DNA from: Candidatus Odyssella sp. | GTDB taxonomy: Bacteria > Pseudomonadota > Alphaproteobacteria > Paracaedibacterales > CAITNM01 | Reading direction: 5' to 3' | Assembly (NCBI GenBank): GCA_020726185.1 | Contig: DYTB01000001.1 | Span: forward strand, 2,526-66,525 | DNA: 64,000 nt | Shown: positions 40,683 to 49,774 of the stretch, one piece after another | How positions within the stretch are numbered: position 1 is the first letter of the stretch | Layout of the letters: every line of letters begins with the position of its first letter | The notes under the pieces: model-generated | What the model saw: the letters and a program-made list of their open reading frames with translations, nothing else | The model's database searches: none | Told to the model about the DNA's origin: nothing | Position numbers and translations under genes: made by a program

Positions 40683-41444
40683 ATGTATCAAATGATTAAA
40701 TTAGAAAATAACCATACGCTACTAAATTTAACCCCCATGGTCAGAGAAGCATCTAATGCTTTTTTGAATTCTCATGGATTAAACTATTTTCAATATTTAC
40801 GGTGCTACAAAGATGGAAGCATTTCCTTTTTACTCAGTGACCCTAGTTTATTTTTAAGATTTGCTCACTTAGAAGCACCGCTAGTTTTTTCTTCACTCAA
40901 AGAAGATCACATGCACAAGCAAACGTACTGGTTCTTATGGGACGAAGAGCTTCCACGTGAGCCAGTCAAATTAGCAAGGGAAGATCACAGCTGGCACCAT
41001 GGTCTTACTTTGGTGAAAAGATATCGCGATTATTACGATATGATCGCGGTTGCAATGCCTCAAGACTGTCCAAATCCATCTTCCTATTACATGAATCGTA
41101 TGCAGGCCATAGAACAATTTATGACAAGATTTAGCGTCCATGCTTCTGATCTTTTTGAATCGATGACGAGCAATGTTATTTTTTTACCTGAAGTGAATAG
41201 AGACATAAATTATAAAGGCATGTGCTTTGAAAAAGAGCATCGCTACTCTTTTGGAAATACATATATTACTTCACAAGAATTGAAGTGTTTAACATTAAAG
41301 TTGCAAGGTTGCTCTTACAAAGAAATAGCTAATGCACACCAAATTTCTCCACGGAGTGTAGAAACTTATCTGAATAGAATTAAAGCAAGAAGTGGTATTA
41401 ATCACAAAGCGAAATTACAAGAGCTTATACTATCTTGTAAGTAA
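40683..41444 (+). CDS. LuxR-family transcriptional regulator (C-terminal HTH) with an uncharacterised N-terminal domain
   Basis: The C-terminal ~60 aa read ITSQELKCLTLKLQGCSYKEIANAHQISPRSVETYLNRIKARSG, a LuxR/GerE HTH. I cannot assign the N-terminal ~185 aa to the classical autoinducer-binding or receiver domains. Confidence 0.75.
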   Translation: MYQMIKLENNHTLLNLTPMVREASNAFLNSHGLNYFQYLRCYKDGSISFLLSDPSLFLRFAHLEAPLVFSSLKEDHMHKQTYWFLWDEELPREPVKLAREDHSWHHGLTLVKRYRDYYDMIAVAMPQDCPNPSSYYMNRMQAIEQFMTRFSVHASDLFESMTSNVIFLPEVNRDINYKGMCFEKEHRYSFGNTYITSQELKCLTLKLQGCSYKEIANAHQISPRSVETYLNRIKARSGINHKAKLQELILSCK

Positions 41445-41519
41445 GAATTCCGGACAGCCTTAAATCTAATTCCTAAGTAATTTAGAAACGGTAATATGAC
41501 CCTTTTCTAAGGATTACTT

Positions 41520-42266
41520 ATGGATAAATATATAATTTTTAACCACCTTATGGAAACATTTCGCCGAGTGGGAGGCTTAAGCAAAGCGAATATCACAATC
41601 GGTCAAGACGCAAGCATTATCACAGGATATCCATCGCCGTTGTTTAACATTGTGCAATTTGACACCAAAAACTACACAAAAATTAATAAGCTAAAGAGCG
41701 CAAATATTCCATTTATGTCTGTGCCATCAAAAAAGCTGGAGGAAGAATTTGAAGCATTTGCACAAGAGCAAGGCTTAATAAAATCTGATTTTATTACGGC
41801 TAGTGTTTTTAAAGATTTAGAAAATTGGGAATGTAACCCTAATTCAAAATTCCAAATTGGCAGTGTTACCAATGCCGATGATTTGTTAGTGTTTGATAAG
41901 ATTTCAGCTGTTGTTTTCAGTCACCCTGAAAATTTAACTTTTAATTTTTTAAAGTCAGCACTTGGGTACGGGGAAATACATTTATTCCTTGCTTACGCAA
42001 AAGGACAGCCAGTTGGCTGCTGCATGCTATCACTTGCAAATAGCCAAGCTGGGTTATATTGGGTTGGAGTTCTGCCTGACTTTAGAAATCAAGGAATTGC
42101 AACATCCTTGGTTAAATATCGAATGAATATTGCAAAAAACTTAGGATACACCTCAGTTATTGCGCAAAACATGACACCTGCACTAGGTTTGTATAAGCGC
42201 TTGAGGTTTACACAACTAGGGGGATTCCCGCTTTATTTATGCCCCAAGCAATTCTTTATCTTTTGA
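41520..42266 (+). CDS. GNAT-family N-acetyltransferase
   Basis: The C-terminal half carries the acetyl-CoA motif (VGVLPDFRNQGIATSLV). The N-terminal half is unassigned. Confidence 0.7.
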   Translation: MDKYIIFNHLMETFRRVGGLSKANITIGQDASIITGYPSPLFNIVQFDTKNYTKINKLKSANIPFMSVPSKKLEEEFEAFAQEQGLIKSDFITASVFKDLENWECNPNSKFQIGSVTNADDLLVFDKISAVVFSHPENLTFNFLKSALGYGEIHLFLAYAKGQPVGCCMLSLANSQAGLYWVGVLPDFRNQGIATSLVKYRMNIAKNLGYTSVIAQNMTPALGLYKRLRFTQLGGFPLYLCPKQFFIF

Positions 42267-43424
42267 TGCAATAAACTTTTTAGCGAATAGTTTGTTGGCA
42301 ATCAGAGCAAGTGCACCGTTACCTGCAACGTTACTTGCAGTCATCAATGAGTCCTGAAGAATGTATAGGGTTGCTACAAGGCTGCATAGTTCTGAAGATA
42401 GTCCTAAATGCTTTTCCACAACAGGCAATAGAATTATCATGCCACCGCCTGGTACGCCGCTTCCGGAAAATTTGGTTACAACATAGGTACCAACATACGC
42501 CAAAAATGCTGTAAAACTTGGCAGAGGTGTGCCCGACATGGCAAGCAACGCAAGAGAGGTGAGGGTAATATTAATGCCATCACCAACCATGTGCACATTG
42601 GCTGTTGCAGGCACAACAAAATTTGTTAATTGTGGGTTATGAGTGTTGGCTTCAACACATTTCAGCGTCACTGGTAGAGTTGCAGCACTAGACATAGTGC
42701 TAAACCCAGCAAGCCATGCGGGCAGCATATTGCGTATAGCGATAAAGGTTGCTTTCATGTTGCCGTTGCAGCTAACTGCGTACCAGAAAAATAAATATGC
42801 TTGAATTGTCGCAAAGCTTAGAAAGAATACGGGCGCATAAGCGGTTGCAAGAGTGCCCAATGCACCTTCAAAACCAATTTTTAAAACAAAACCAAAAACG
42901 TAAACTGGTAAAAATGGGATAAAAGCAAAATTTAAAGCAATAGTTGTCCAATTTTTCAATGTTGTAACTGCTTGAGTAACTAACCGTGCGCCTGTAAAGC
43001 TTCCAATAAGGCCAACAGCTAACCCTAAAAGCATTGCCTTATCACTTGATAAGAAAGTCGGCAAAGGCAGGCGCCAAAGAGCAAGTATTTTGTCACTAGC
43101 ACTTGCGCCATCAAGACAAATTGGTTTTATGGATCCGATAAAGCTTTGTGCAACACCATAAGCTACAAATACGTTAATCATATTAGCAATAATTACTAAA
43201 CCAAAAATTCCAGCAACAATAAGTAAAGCTTGCCCTTGCAAACTTAAAATTGCAGAACATAGGTAACTGAACACTACAAATGGCAGAAGCAACATCAGTA
43301 CGTCTTTTAAAACGACACTTATAGTGTAGAAAATACTAACGGTATTGGAATCAAGATGGCTTGATAAAAAAAATGCTAAAGTGACAGCAATCACAAGTCG
43401 TACAGGCAAACTAAACATCAACAC
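42237..43424 (-). CDS. dicarboxylate/amino acid:cation symporter (DAACS/GltP family)
   Basis: 395 aa, polytopic. MSSAATLPVTL and PATANVHMVGDGI correspond to the conserved SSSAATLP and NMDG-type motifs. Confidence 0.85.
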   Translation of the reverse strand: MLMFSLPVRLVIAVTLAFFLSSHLDSNTVSIFYTISVVLKDVLMLLLPFVVFSYLCSAILSLQGQALLIVAGIFGLVIIANMINVFVAYGVAQSFIGSIKPICLDGASASDKILALWRLPLPTFLSSDKAMLLGLAVGLIGSFTGARLVTQAVTTLKNWTTIALNFAFIPFLPVYVFGFVLKIGFEGALGTLATAYAPVFFLSFATIQAYLFFWYAVSCNGNMKATFIAIRNMLPAWLAGFSTMSSAATLPVTLKCVEANTHNPQLTNFVVPATANVHMVGDGINITLTSLALLAMSGTPLPSFTAFLAYVGTYVVTKFSGSGVPGGGMIILLPVVEKHLGLSSELCSLVATLYILQDSLMTASNVAGNGALALIANKLFAKKFIASKDKELLGA

Positions 43425-43466
43425 ACCATCGCTTCTAAAATTGAAGCTTATGGTACCATATTTTAC

Positions 43467-44447
43467 CTAAATAATTCCAGCGCGTAGGCAGTCATGAATG
43501 TGTAAAATACCGATAGGTTTATCGTTTGCACTTATGAATAAGCTGGTAATGGACTTGTCTTGCATAATTGCTAACGCCTCTGCCATAAGAATATCAGCAG
43601 ATATCATTGTTGGGGTTGGGCTCATTACTGCTTCTACGGTGTCATTCAATAGTCCTGCATGCATATGGCGACGTAAGTCACCATCGGTAATAACGCCTAG
43701 CATTTTCCCATCTGTATCTATTATTGCTACGCACCCAAAACCAAAGTAGCTCATTCTTATCAAGCATTCTTGCATTAAGGTGCCCATAGGAACAATTGGA
43801 AGGCGATCATCAGTGTGCATAAAATCGCGCACTCTTGATAATTGCTTGCCTAAATTTCCTCCGGGATGGAAAGTTCGAAAATCGGTAGAACTAAAGCTGC
43901 GTGTGTGAAGCATGGCAATAGCAAGTGCATCACCCAACGCTAGCATCATTGTTGTTGATGTGGTTGGGGCCAGGCCCATTGGACATGCCTCAGGCACTGT
44001 AGGATAACACAACGTAATATCTGCAATGCTTGCTAAATTACTATTTTCTTTTGCAGTAATTGCTACAGCCGGTATATGAAACCGTCGGCTGTAATCAAGC
44101 ATGGGCTTTAGTTCAACGGTTTCGCCGCTGTGAGACAACAACAAAAGCCTGTCTTCAGGTGTAATCATCCCTAAATCGCCATGATTAGCTTCAGCTGGAT
44201 GCACGAAAAATGCTGGTTGACCAACGCTTGCAAAGGTTGCGGCAATCTTCCGTGCAATGTGTCCGCTTTTGCCAATACCACTCACAATAACACGACTATT
44301 TTGCTGAGATAAAAGTTCAACCGCTGAGGTGAATTTGTCATCTAATCTAGCAGCTAGGTGAGCTAGCGCTTCTGATTCTTGAACCACTGCTTTGCGTCCG
44401 GCTTCAAGAATTTTATGCGCATTAATTGTAGTGGGTGCTGTCATCAT
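43467..44447 (-). CDS. kpsF: KpsF/GutQ-family arabinose-5-phosphate isomerase
   Basis: 326 aa. A SIS domain (VSGIGKSGHIARKIAATFASVG) is followed by tandem CBS domains. Confidence 0.9.
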   Translation of the reverse strand: MMTAPTTINAHKILEAGRKAVVQESEALAHLAARLDDKFTSAVELLSQQNSRVIVSGIGKSGHIARKIAATFASVGQPAFFVHPAEANHGDLGMITPEDRLLLLSHSGETVELKPMLDYSRRFHIPAVAITAKENSNLASIADITLCYPTVPEACPMGLAPTTSTTMMLALGDALAIAMLHTRSFSSTDFRTFHPGGNLGKQLSRVRDFMHTDDRLPIVPMGTLMQECLIRMSYFGFGCVAIIDTDGKMLGVITDGDLRRHMHAGLLNDTVEAVMSPTPTMISADILMAEALAIMQDKSITSLFISANDKPIGILHIHDCLRAGII

Positions 44448-44449
44448 AA

Positions 44450-45079
44450 CTATCCTTGGTCATCAATTTTATAAGCCATAAGGTCGCCCTTTTGCCCGTA
44501 GAATAAGTCAAGTTCAGCTCTAAAGGGAAGGTACTCAAAAGTTGCATTGGCCAAGTGATGTCGGTTTTCCCTGGTTAGCATGGCATCAAGCTTTAGCTTT
44601 AAGCTATGCAAGTGCACCACGTCAGTTGCTGCGTAGCGCATTTGATCTTTGCTTAGGGTCTTGGCGCCCCAATCACTGGTTTGCTCTTGCTTTGAAACTT
44701 CAATGCCAAGCAATTCTTTGCATAAATCTTTTAGTCCATGCTTGTGTGTAAATGTACGCACCAAATGGCTTGCTACTTTTGTGCAATAAACATTTTGAAT
44801 TCTACATTTAAGTGAATACTGCAAGATCGCCACATCAAAACGTGCGAAATGGAAAATCTTTTGAGTTGATCCGGTCAATAATTTTTTCAAGTTTGGTGAC
44901 TTAGAAAAATCAGCCTCAGGAAACTGAACAAGATGAACATTAATGCCATCAAAAGTAAGCTGTGCCAAACACAAACGGTCACGGTGCTGATTAAGCCCCA
45001 TGGCTTCAGTATCTATTGCAACAGTTTGGCCAAACACCACATCATCTGGCAGATCATATTCATGAAGAAAAGTTTTCAT
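44450..45079 (-). CDS. short RNase D-like 3'-5' exonuclease (DEDDy)
   Basis: 209 aa. VAIDTEAMGL, HFARFDVAIL and YAATDVVHL are the Exo I-III motifs. Confidence 0.75.
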   Translation of the reverse strand: MKTFLHEYDLPDDVVFGQTVAIDTEAMGLNQHRDRLCLAQLTFDGINVHLVQFPEADFSKSPNLKKLLTGSTQKIFHFARFDVAILQYSLKCRIQNVYCTKVASHLVRTFTHKHGLKDLCKELLGIEVSKQEQTSDWGAKTLSKDQMRYAATDVVHLHSLKLKLDAMLTRENRHHLANATFEYLPFRAELDLFYGQKGDLMAYKIDDQG

Positions 45080-45160
45080 TTTGTATTATTTTTATAAATA
45101 CCTGAATTAAAAGACCATAGGTAATAGATTCGTGTCAACATTACTGTTCGATATGAGGTT

Positions 45161-45673
45161 TCAAATTTTAGTAGAAATCTTAATTGCGGCTTTAGTAATA
45201 CCTTTAACCACTTTTTCTAAAATGTCATATGCAGGCGCATTTCTACCGCCGCCCTGCTCGGCAATTTCACGATGATGATCTTCTTCCTTTTTAAATTTAC
45301 CAATGATGTCCATCAATGGTTTATGTTCTGGAGTATTTGCCAATGAATCAATTTGGTTTTGGTAATGATCAACAATCACTTCTTCAACAGCAATAGTGCA
45401 AGCATGCGCTGCCTGTTTGCCCATTAGTGCTGTGGCTGCACCCATTCCATAACTTAAAACATGCCAGAAAGGTTGAAAAATGGTGGGTTTAACTTTGTGT
45501 TCAATCATTAGTTGAGTGAACATTTTAAGGTGCTCTTCTTCCTGATTCGCCATTAACACTAAATCAGGATCATCACCTAGGATTTTTCTCATGCCTTTGT
45601 AAATTTGGCGCGCACCAAGTTCGCCCGCATGATTTACCCGAAGGATTGATTTTATTTTTTTCGAGTCGTCCAT
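45161..45673 (-). CDS. coq7: demethoxyubiquinone hydroxylase (Coq7 family)
   Basis: 170 aa. RVNHAGELGA..IY.G, EEEHL and EEDHH are di-iron carboxylate motifs. Confidence 0.88.
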   Translation of the reverse strand: MDDSKKIKSILRVNHAGELGARQIYKGMRKILGDDPDLVLMANQEEEHLKMFTQLMIEHKVKPTIFQPFWHVLSYGMGAATALMGKQAAHACTIAVEEVIVDHYQNQIDSLANTPEHKPLMDIIGKFKKEEDHHREIAEQGGGRNAPAYDILEKVVKGITKAAIKISTKI

Positions 45674-46167
45674 TCACGTAGTGCCATAGTAATAGTTGCA
45701 AAAGTGAATGCTAGACATGTCCACCAACTAGCTGGAATTCCAAATAGGTACCAATTAATTTTGTCGCATCTCGAAACTTTTTGATTTTTCATTTGTGATG
45801 AGAGTGATTTCAGCATTTCCGTAGGGTCAGTTGAAGTTATCTCAGTTTTGCCAATGCATGATTGCGGCATGGCCCACCATTTTTGTTCAACGCCTATATG
45901 GAATCCACATAAAATGGCCCCACCTAATGCTACAATGCAAAGGAAGTAAGTGAAGATTTTTTTATCATAGCCAGAAATTACAATGCCCAATGACAACGTC
46001 AAAATAGTCATCATTACATAGCGCTGATAATAACAAAGGCTGCATGGCATAATATCAAACAGATATTCAGCCATAAAGCCAACGCATAAGAGGCTGAAAA
46101 AATATACAACTACAAACCAGTAGAAGTATCTAGAATTTTTAAAAATTTCCTGTATCAACCTAAACAC
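45652..46167 (-). CDS. dsbB: disulfide bond formation protein B family
   Basis: 171 aa with 4 TM helices. The first Cys pair is in CSLCYYQRY. A second periplasmic Cys pair (C...C) is present. Confidence 0.7.
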   Translation of the reverse strand: MFRLIQEIFKNSRYFYWFVVVYFFSLLCVGFMAEYLFDIMPCSLCYYQRYVMMTILTLSLGIVISGYDKKIFTYFLCIVALGGAILCGFHIGVEQKWWAMPQSCIGKTEITSTDPTEMLKSLSSQMKNQKVSRCDKINWYLFGIPASWWTCLAFTFATITMALREWTTRKK

Positions 46168-46766
46168 TTCACAATTATAAACCCAGCTACAATTATACCT
46201 ATGACGGAAAAAAGCGCCAATGTTAAATATTTTTCAATGTATGGTTTTGCTATGGGTCCAAAAAAATACAAGATTGCTGCTAACAAATAAAACCTAAAGG
46301 CTCTTGCTATTACGGAAGCTGCTAAAAATTGGAAAAGATCAAATCGTGCGACGCCGCTTGCAATAGTGACAAGCTTGAAAGGAATTGGTGTAAGCCCTTT
46401 TAAAGCAATAATCCAAAACCCATATGTTTTAAAATCTGCTTGAAAACGTTCAAAAGCACTATGCAAACTGTAGGTCTCAATGATCCATTGCCCAATTGTG
46501 GCATATAAATAATACCCAATTGCATAGCCTAACAAGCCACCAACAACTGAACAAACTGTTGCACCAAAAGCTAATCTCCACGCAAGAAGGCGATTTACCA
46601 AAATCATAGGGATAAGCATTAAATCAGGGGGCAAAGGAAAGAATGAACTTTCTGCGAACGATACAGCGTACATAATGTATTTGGCGCGCTTTGTTTCAGC
46701 TGCTTGCAAACACCAATCATACATGCGTCGCAAAAAATTTAGCCGTTTAGCTACGATAATACTCAT
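46155..46766 (-). CDS. YqaA/DedA-superfamily membrane protein
   Basis: 203 aa. FAESSFFPLPPDLMLIPM is the typical YqaA N-terminal motif. Confidence 0.7.
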   Translation of the reverse strand: MSIIVAKRLNFLRRMYDWCLQAAETKRAKYIMYAVSFAESSFFPLPPDLMLIPMILVNRLLAWRLAFGATVCSVVGGLLGYAIGYYLYATIGQWIIETYSLHSAFERFQADFKTYGFWIIALKGLTPIPFKLVTIASGVARFDLFQFLAASVIARAFRFYLLAAILYFFGPIAKPYIEKYLTLALFSVIGIIVAGFIIVKCLG

Positions 46767-46846
46767 TACTTTTTACAAAAGATTTCAACTATAGACTTTT
46801 ATACCACAACAAATCACACTTGCATCTATTGAAAAAGGAGATTTTT

Positions 46847-48676
46847 ATGTGCGGAATTATAGGTATTTTATCATGCAATCCAGTTGCAGAGCGGTTAATA
46901 GATGGATTATCTAGGCTGGAATACCGTGGTTATGATTCTGCAGGTATAGCAACTATTGATAACAGCGCCATTACAAAGCGACGTTCCGAAGGCAAGCTTC
47001 AATCGTTAAAAGATCTTTTGCAACGAGATCCTGTCGATGGAGCTGTTGGTATTGGACACACTCGTTGGGCGACTCATGGATCGCCTACCCACCAGAATGC
47101 GCATCCACATGCGACTGACCGCGTTGCTGTTGTGCACAATGGTATTATTGAAAACTACCAGCTTTTAAAAGATGATCTTATAAAAAGAGGAGTGGTTTTT
47201 AAAAGTGAAACAGACACAGAAGTTGTTGTTCACTTAATTGATCAAGCTTTGCAATTAGGAAAAATTCCTGAAAATGCTGTGAAAGAAACGCTTTCAAAGC
47301 TTCATGGAGCATTTGCTTTAGCTATTATTTTTTCAGACAGCCCAAATATAATTATTGGTGCACGCCGTGGAAGCCCTTTGGTATTAGGAATTAATGACAA
47401 TGAATTATTTTTAGGATCAGATGCTTGGGCACTAGCACCTTGGACTCAAAAAATTTGTTATTTGGAAGAAGGTGATGTTGTAGTTATGCAGCGCAGCAGT
47501 AGCTTTGATTACAGCATTTTCAACGAAGAAGGTCTGGTTGTCAGTAGGCCTATTAAACATCTTAATTTGGCAACAGGTGCTGCTAGTAAGGGTGAATACA
47601 GCCATTTCATGTTAAAAGAAATTTTTGAACAATCTCAAACACTAAGCGATACCTTCTTGTCATTAATTGATGAGCAAACCCTTGAAAGTCGCATTAGTAT
47701 ACCTATTGATTTTTCAGGTCAGCATTCAAGAGTTCGGCTAATTGCTTGTGGGTCGTCTTACTACGCCTCGTTAACTGCTAAATATTGGTTTGAAAAATAT
47801 GCGCACATTTTGTGCGATGTCGATTTAGCTTCTGAATTCCGTTATCGTAATCCGGTTTTAAACAAAGATGATATATGCATATTCGTGTCTCAATCAGGGG
47901 AAACTAGCGATACTTTGGCAGCGCTAAATCTTGCAAAAAGCAAGGGATGTATAACTTTGGCAATTGTGAACGTGCCTGAAAGCTCTATGATAAGAGCGGC
48001 AGATCACCATATTTTAACATTGGCAGGTCCAGAAATTGGCGTGGCGTCAACAAAAGCATTTACGGCACAAATGGCAGTGCTTTGCATGTTGGCACTGCAC
48101 GCTGCAGAACAACGCAAATCTATTAATGCAACTAGCTTATCAGCGCATTATCGCGAACTACTGCATGTGCCAAAACTAGCAGCGCAAGTACTGCAAGATA
48201 TATCCGCTTTTGATGAGCTAGGTTTAAAGCTTTCGCAAACTCGTGATGTTTTGTTTATCGGTCGTGGTACAAATTACCCGGTTGCCTTAGAAGGTGCTTT
48301 GAAACTTAAAGAAATTTCATATATTCATGCTGAAGCCTATGCAGCTGGCGAATTAAAGCATGGCCCAATAGCGTTAGTAGACAAGCTAACACCTTTAATA
48401 GCCATTGCTCCTAATGATGTGTGGTTTGAAAAAACAGCATCAAATATTCAAGAAGTTGCTACCAGAGGTGCACCCATTATTGTGCTAACTGATGATAATA
48501 CATTTACGGTTAACTGCCCTGAATTTCATAAAGTGTTGCTTCCTAAAACAACATCCATGAATGCTTGTTTTATCTACACAATCGCAGTTCAATGCATCGC
48601 TTATTATACAGCTTTGCATAAAGGGACGGACGTTGATCAGCCTCGCAATCTTGCAAAATCAGTAACAGTAGAATAG
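46847..48676 (+). CDS. glmS: glutamine--fructose-6-phosphate aminotransferase
   Basis: I trimmed to the ATG at 46847 so the protein begins MCGIIG (catalytic Cys2). Two SIS domains follow, and the C-terminus ends ...LAKSVTVE. Confidence 0.96.
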   Translation: MCGIIGILSCNPVAERLIDGLSRLEYRGYDSAGIATIDNSAITKRRSEGKLQSLKDLLQRDPVDGAVGIGHTRWATHGSPTHQNAHPHATDRVAVVHNGIIENYQLLKDDLIKRGVVFKSETDTEVVVHLIDQALQLGKIPENAVKETLSKLHGAFALAIIFSDSPNIIIGARRGSPLVLGINDNELFLGSDAWALAPWTQKICYLEEGDVVVMQRSSSFDYSIFNEEGLVVSRPIKHLNLATGAASKGEYSHFMLKEIFEQSQTLSDTFLSLIDEQTLESRISIPIDFSGQHSRVRLIACGSSYYASLTAKYWFEKYAHILCDVDLASEFRYRNPVLNKDDICIFVSQSGETSDTLAALNLAKSKGCITLAIVNVPESSMIRAADHHILTLAGPEIGVASTKAFTAQMAVLCMLALHAAEQRKSINATSLSAHYRELLHVPKLAAQVLQDISAFDELGLKLSQTRDVLFIGRGTNYPVALEGALKLKEISYIHAEAYAAGELKHGPIALVDKLTPLIAIAPNDVWFEKTASNIQEVATRGAPIIVLTDDNTFTVNCPEFHKVLLPKTTSMNACFIYTIAVQCIAYYTALHKGTDVDQPRNLAKSVTVE

Positions 48677-48681
48677 CGCCG

Positions 48682-49764
48682 TTAAGCGCTTTTCTTCCGT
48701 TGATCAAACAGTTGCCAGATTCCTTCGACGCCATGCCATTCGCCTTTTGTTGCTGCTTTTGAATATTCAGTTGCACGTGTTTCAAAAAAGTTTGCGTGCT
48801 CAACCCCGTTTAAAATAGATGTTAACCAGGGAAGGGGGTGTGGTTTACATTGAGAATATTCGCCGGAATTTTCTACAAAATATCCGTATACTGGTCGAAG
48901 CTTTAGTTGTGTTAATCGCCAGTCGCAAATATAGCGAATATATTGCTTAATATCATTTGCGGTCATGCCTTGAACTTCACCAACTTCAAAAGCCAATTCA
49001 ACAAATTTATCTTCTAAAGAAACCATAGTTTTTCCCACTTCAATAATGTCAGACTCAACGGATTTAGTAACAGCGCCAGTTTGTAATGCCCATTCATGAT
49101 AAAGCATTATAACGCTTTCGCAGTGCAAGCTTTCGTCACGTACAGACCAGGAAACAATCTGCCCCATACCTTTCATTTTATTAAAACGTGGAAAATTCAT
49201 AAGCATTGCAAAGCTTGCAAACAAAGACATGCCTTCGGTAAAAGCCCCAAACATAGCTAATGTGCGTGCAATATCAGCGCATGTATTGGTACCAAAAGTT
49301 TTCATATAATCAGATTTAGCACGCATAGATGAGTATTCTTTAAAGACAGAAAATTCAGTTTTTGGCATGCCTAGTGTTTTTAGAAGCAACGCGTAAGCAT
49401 CAATATGAATGGTTTCCATATTTGTAAAAGCAGCCATCATCATTTGAATTTCAAGTGGTTGAAAAATAGGAATATAGCGTTTGAAATAGTTATCGCTTAC
49501 TTCGACATCAGACTGAGTGAAAAAGCGAAAAATTTGCGTTAATAAATTCCGCTCGCTTGCGCTTAGCTTATCTGATTGCCAATCTTTTAGGTCTTCACCA
49601 AGAGGGACTTCTTCACCCATCCAATGAATTTGTTGTTGTCTTTTCCAGGCTTGGTAAGCCCAAGGGTAACGATCAATGTCGTAAGTTCCTGATGAATTTA
49701 AAAGGCTAATAATGCCTTTTCCTTGAAGTTCTTGTGGGTTAATATCTGCGTAATTTCTGGTCAT
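48682..49764 (-). CDS. nrdB: class Ia ribonucleotide reductase beta subunit
   Basis: 360 aa. The di-iron and tyrosyl motifs are present (E..H pairs, e.g. RDESLH and METIHIDAY). The gene is adjacent to nrdA and appears intact. Confidence 0.93.
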   Translation of the reverse strand: MTRNYADINPQELQGKGIISLLNSSGTYDIDRYPWAYQAWKRQQQIHWMGEEVPLGEDLKDWQSDKLSASERNLLTQIFRFFTQSDVEVSDNYFKRYIPIFQPLEIQMMMAAFTNMETIHIDAYALLLKTLGMPKTEFSVFKEYSSMRAKSDYMKTFGTNTCADIARTLAMFGAFTEGMSLFASFAMLMNFPRFNKMKGMGQIVSWSVRDESLHCESVIMLYHEWALQTGAVTKSVESDIIEVGKTMVSLEDKFVELAFEVGEVQGMTANDIKQYIRYICDWRLTQLKLRPVYGYFVENSGEYSQCKPHPLPWLTSILNGVEHANFFETRATEYSKAATKGEWHGVEGIWQLFDQRKKSA

Positions 49765-49774
49765 AAAATTCTTT

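Noticed and set aside
40164-42266. tRNA-Asn as the attachment site of a genomic island carrying the LuxR and GNAT genes.
   Set aside because: There is no integrase next to the tRNA. I saw no direct repeat of the tRNA 3' end downstream. rpsT, with its own promoter and terminator, sits between the tRNA and the accessory genes.
46767-46846. glmS ribozyme upstream of glmS.
   Set aside because: The leader is only about 80 nt and AT-rich, with no sign of the conserved ribozyme core. The element is essentially restricted to Gram-positive lineages.
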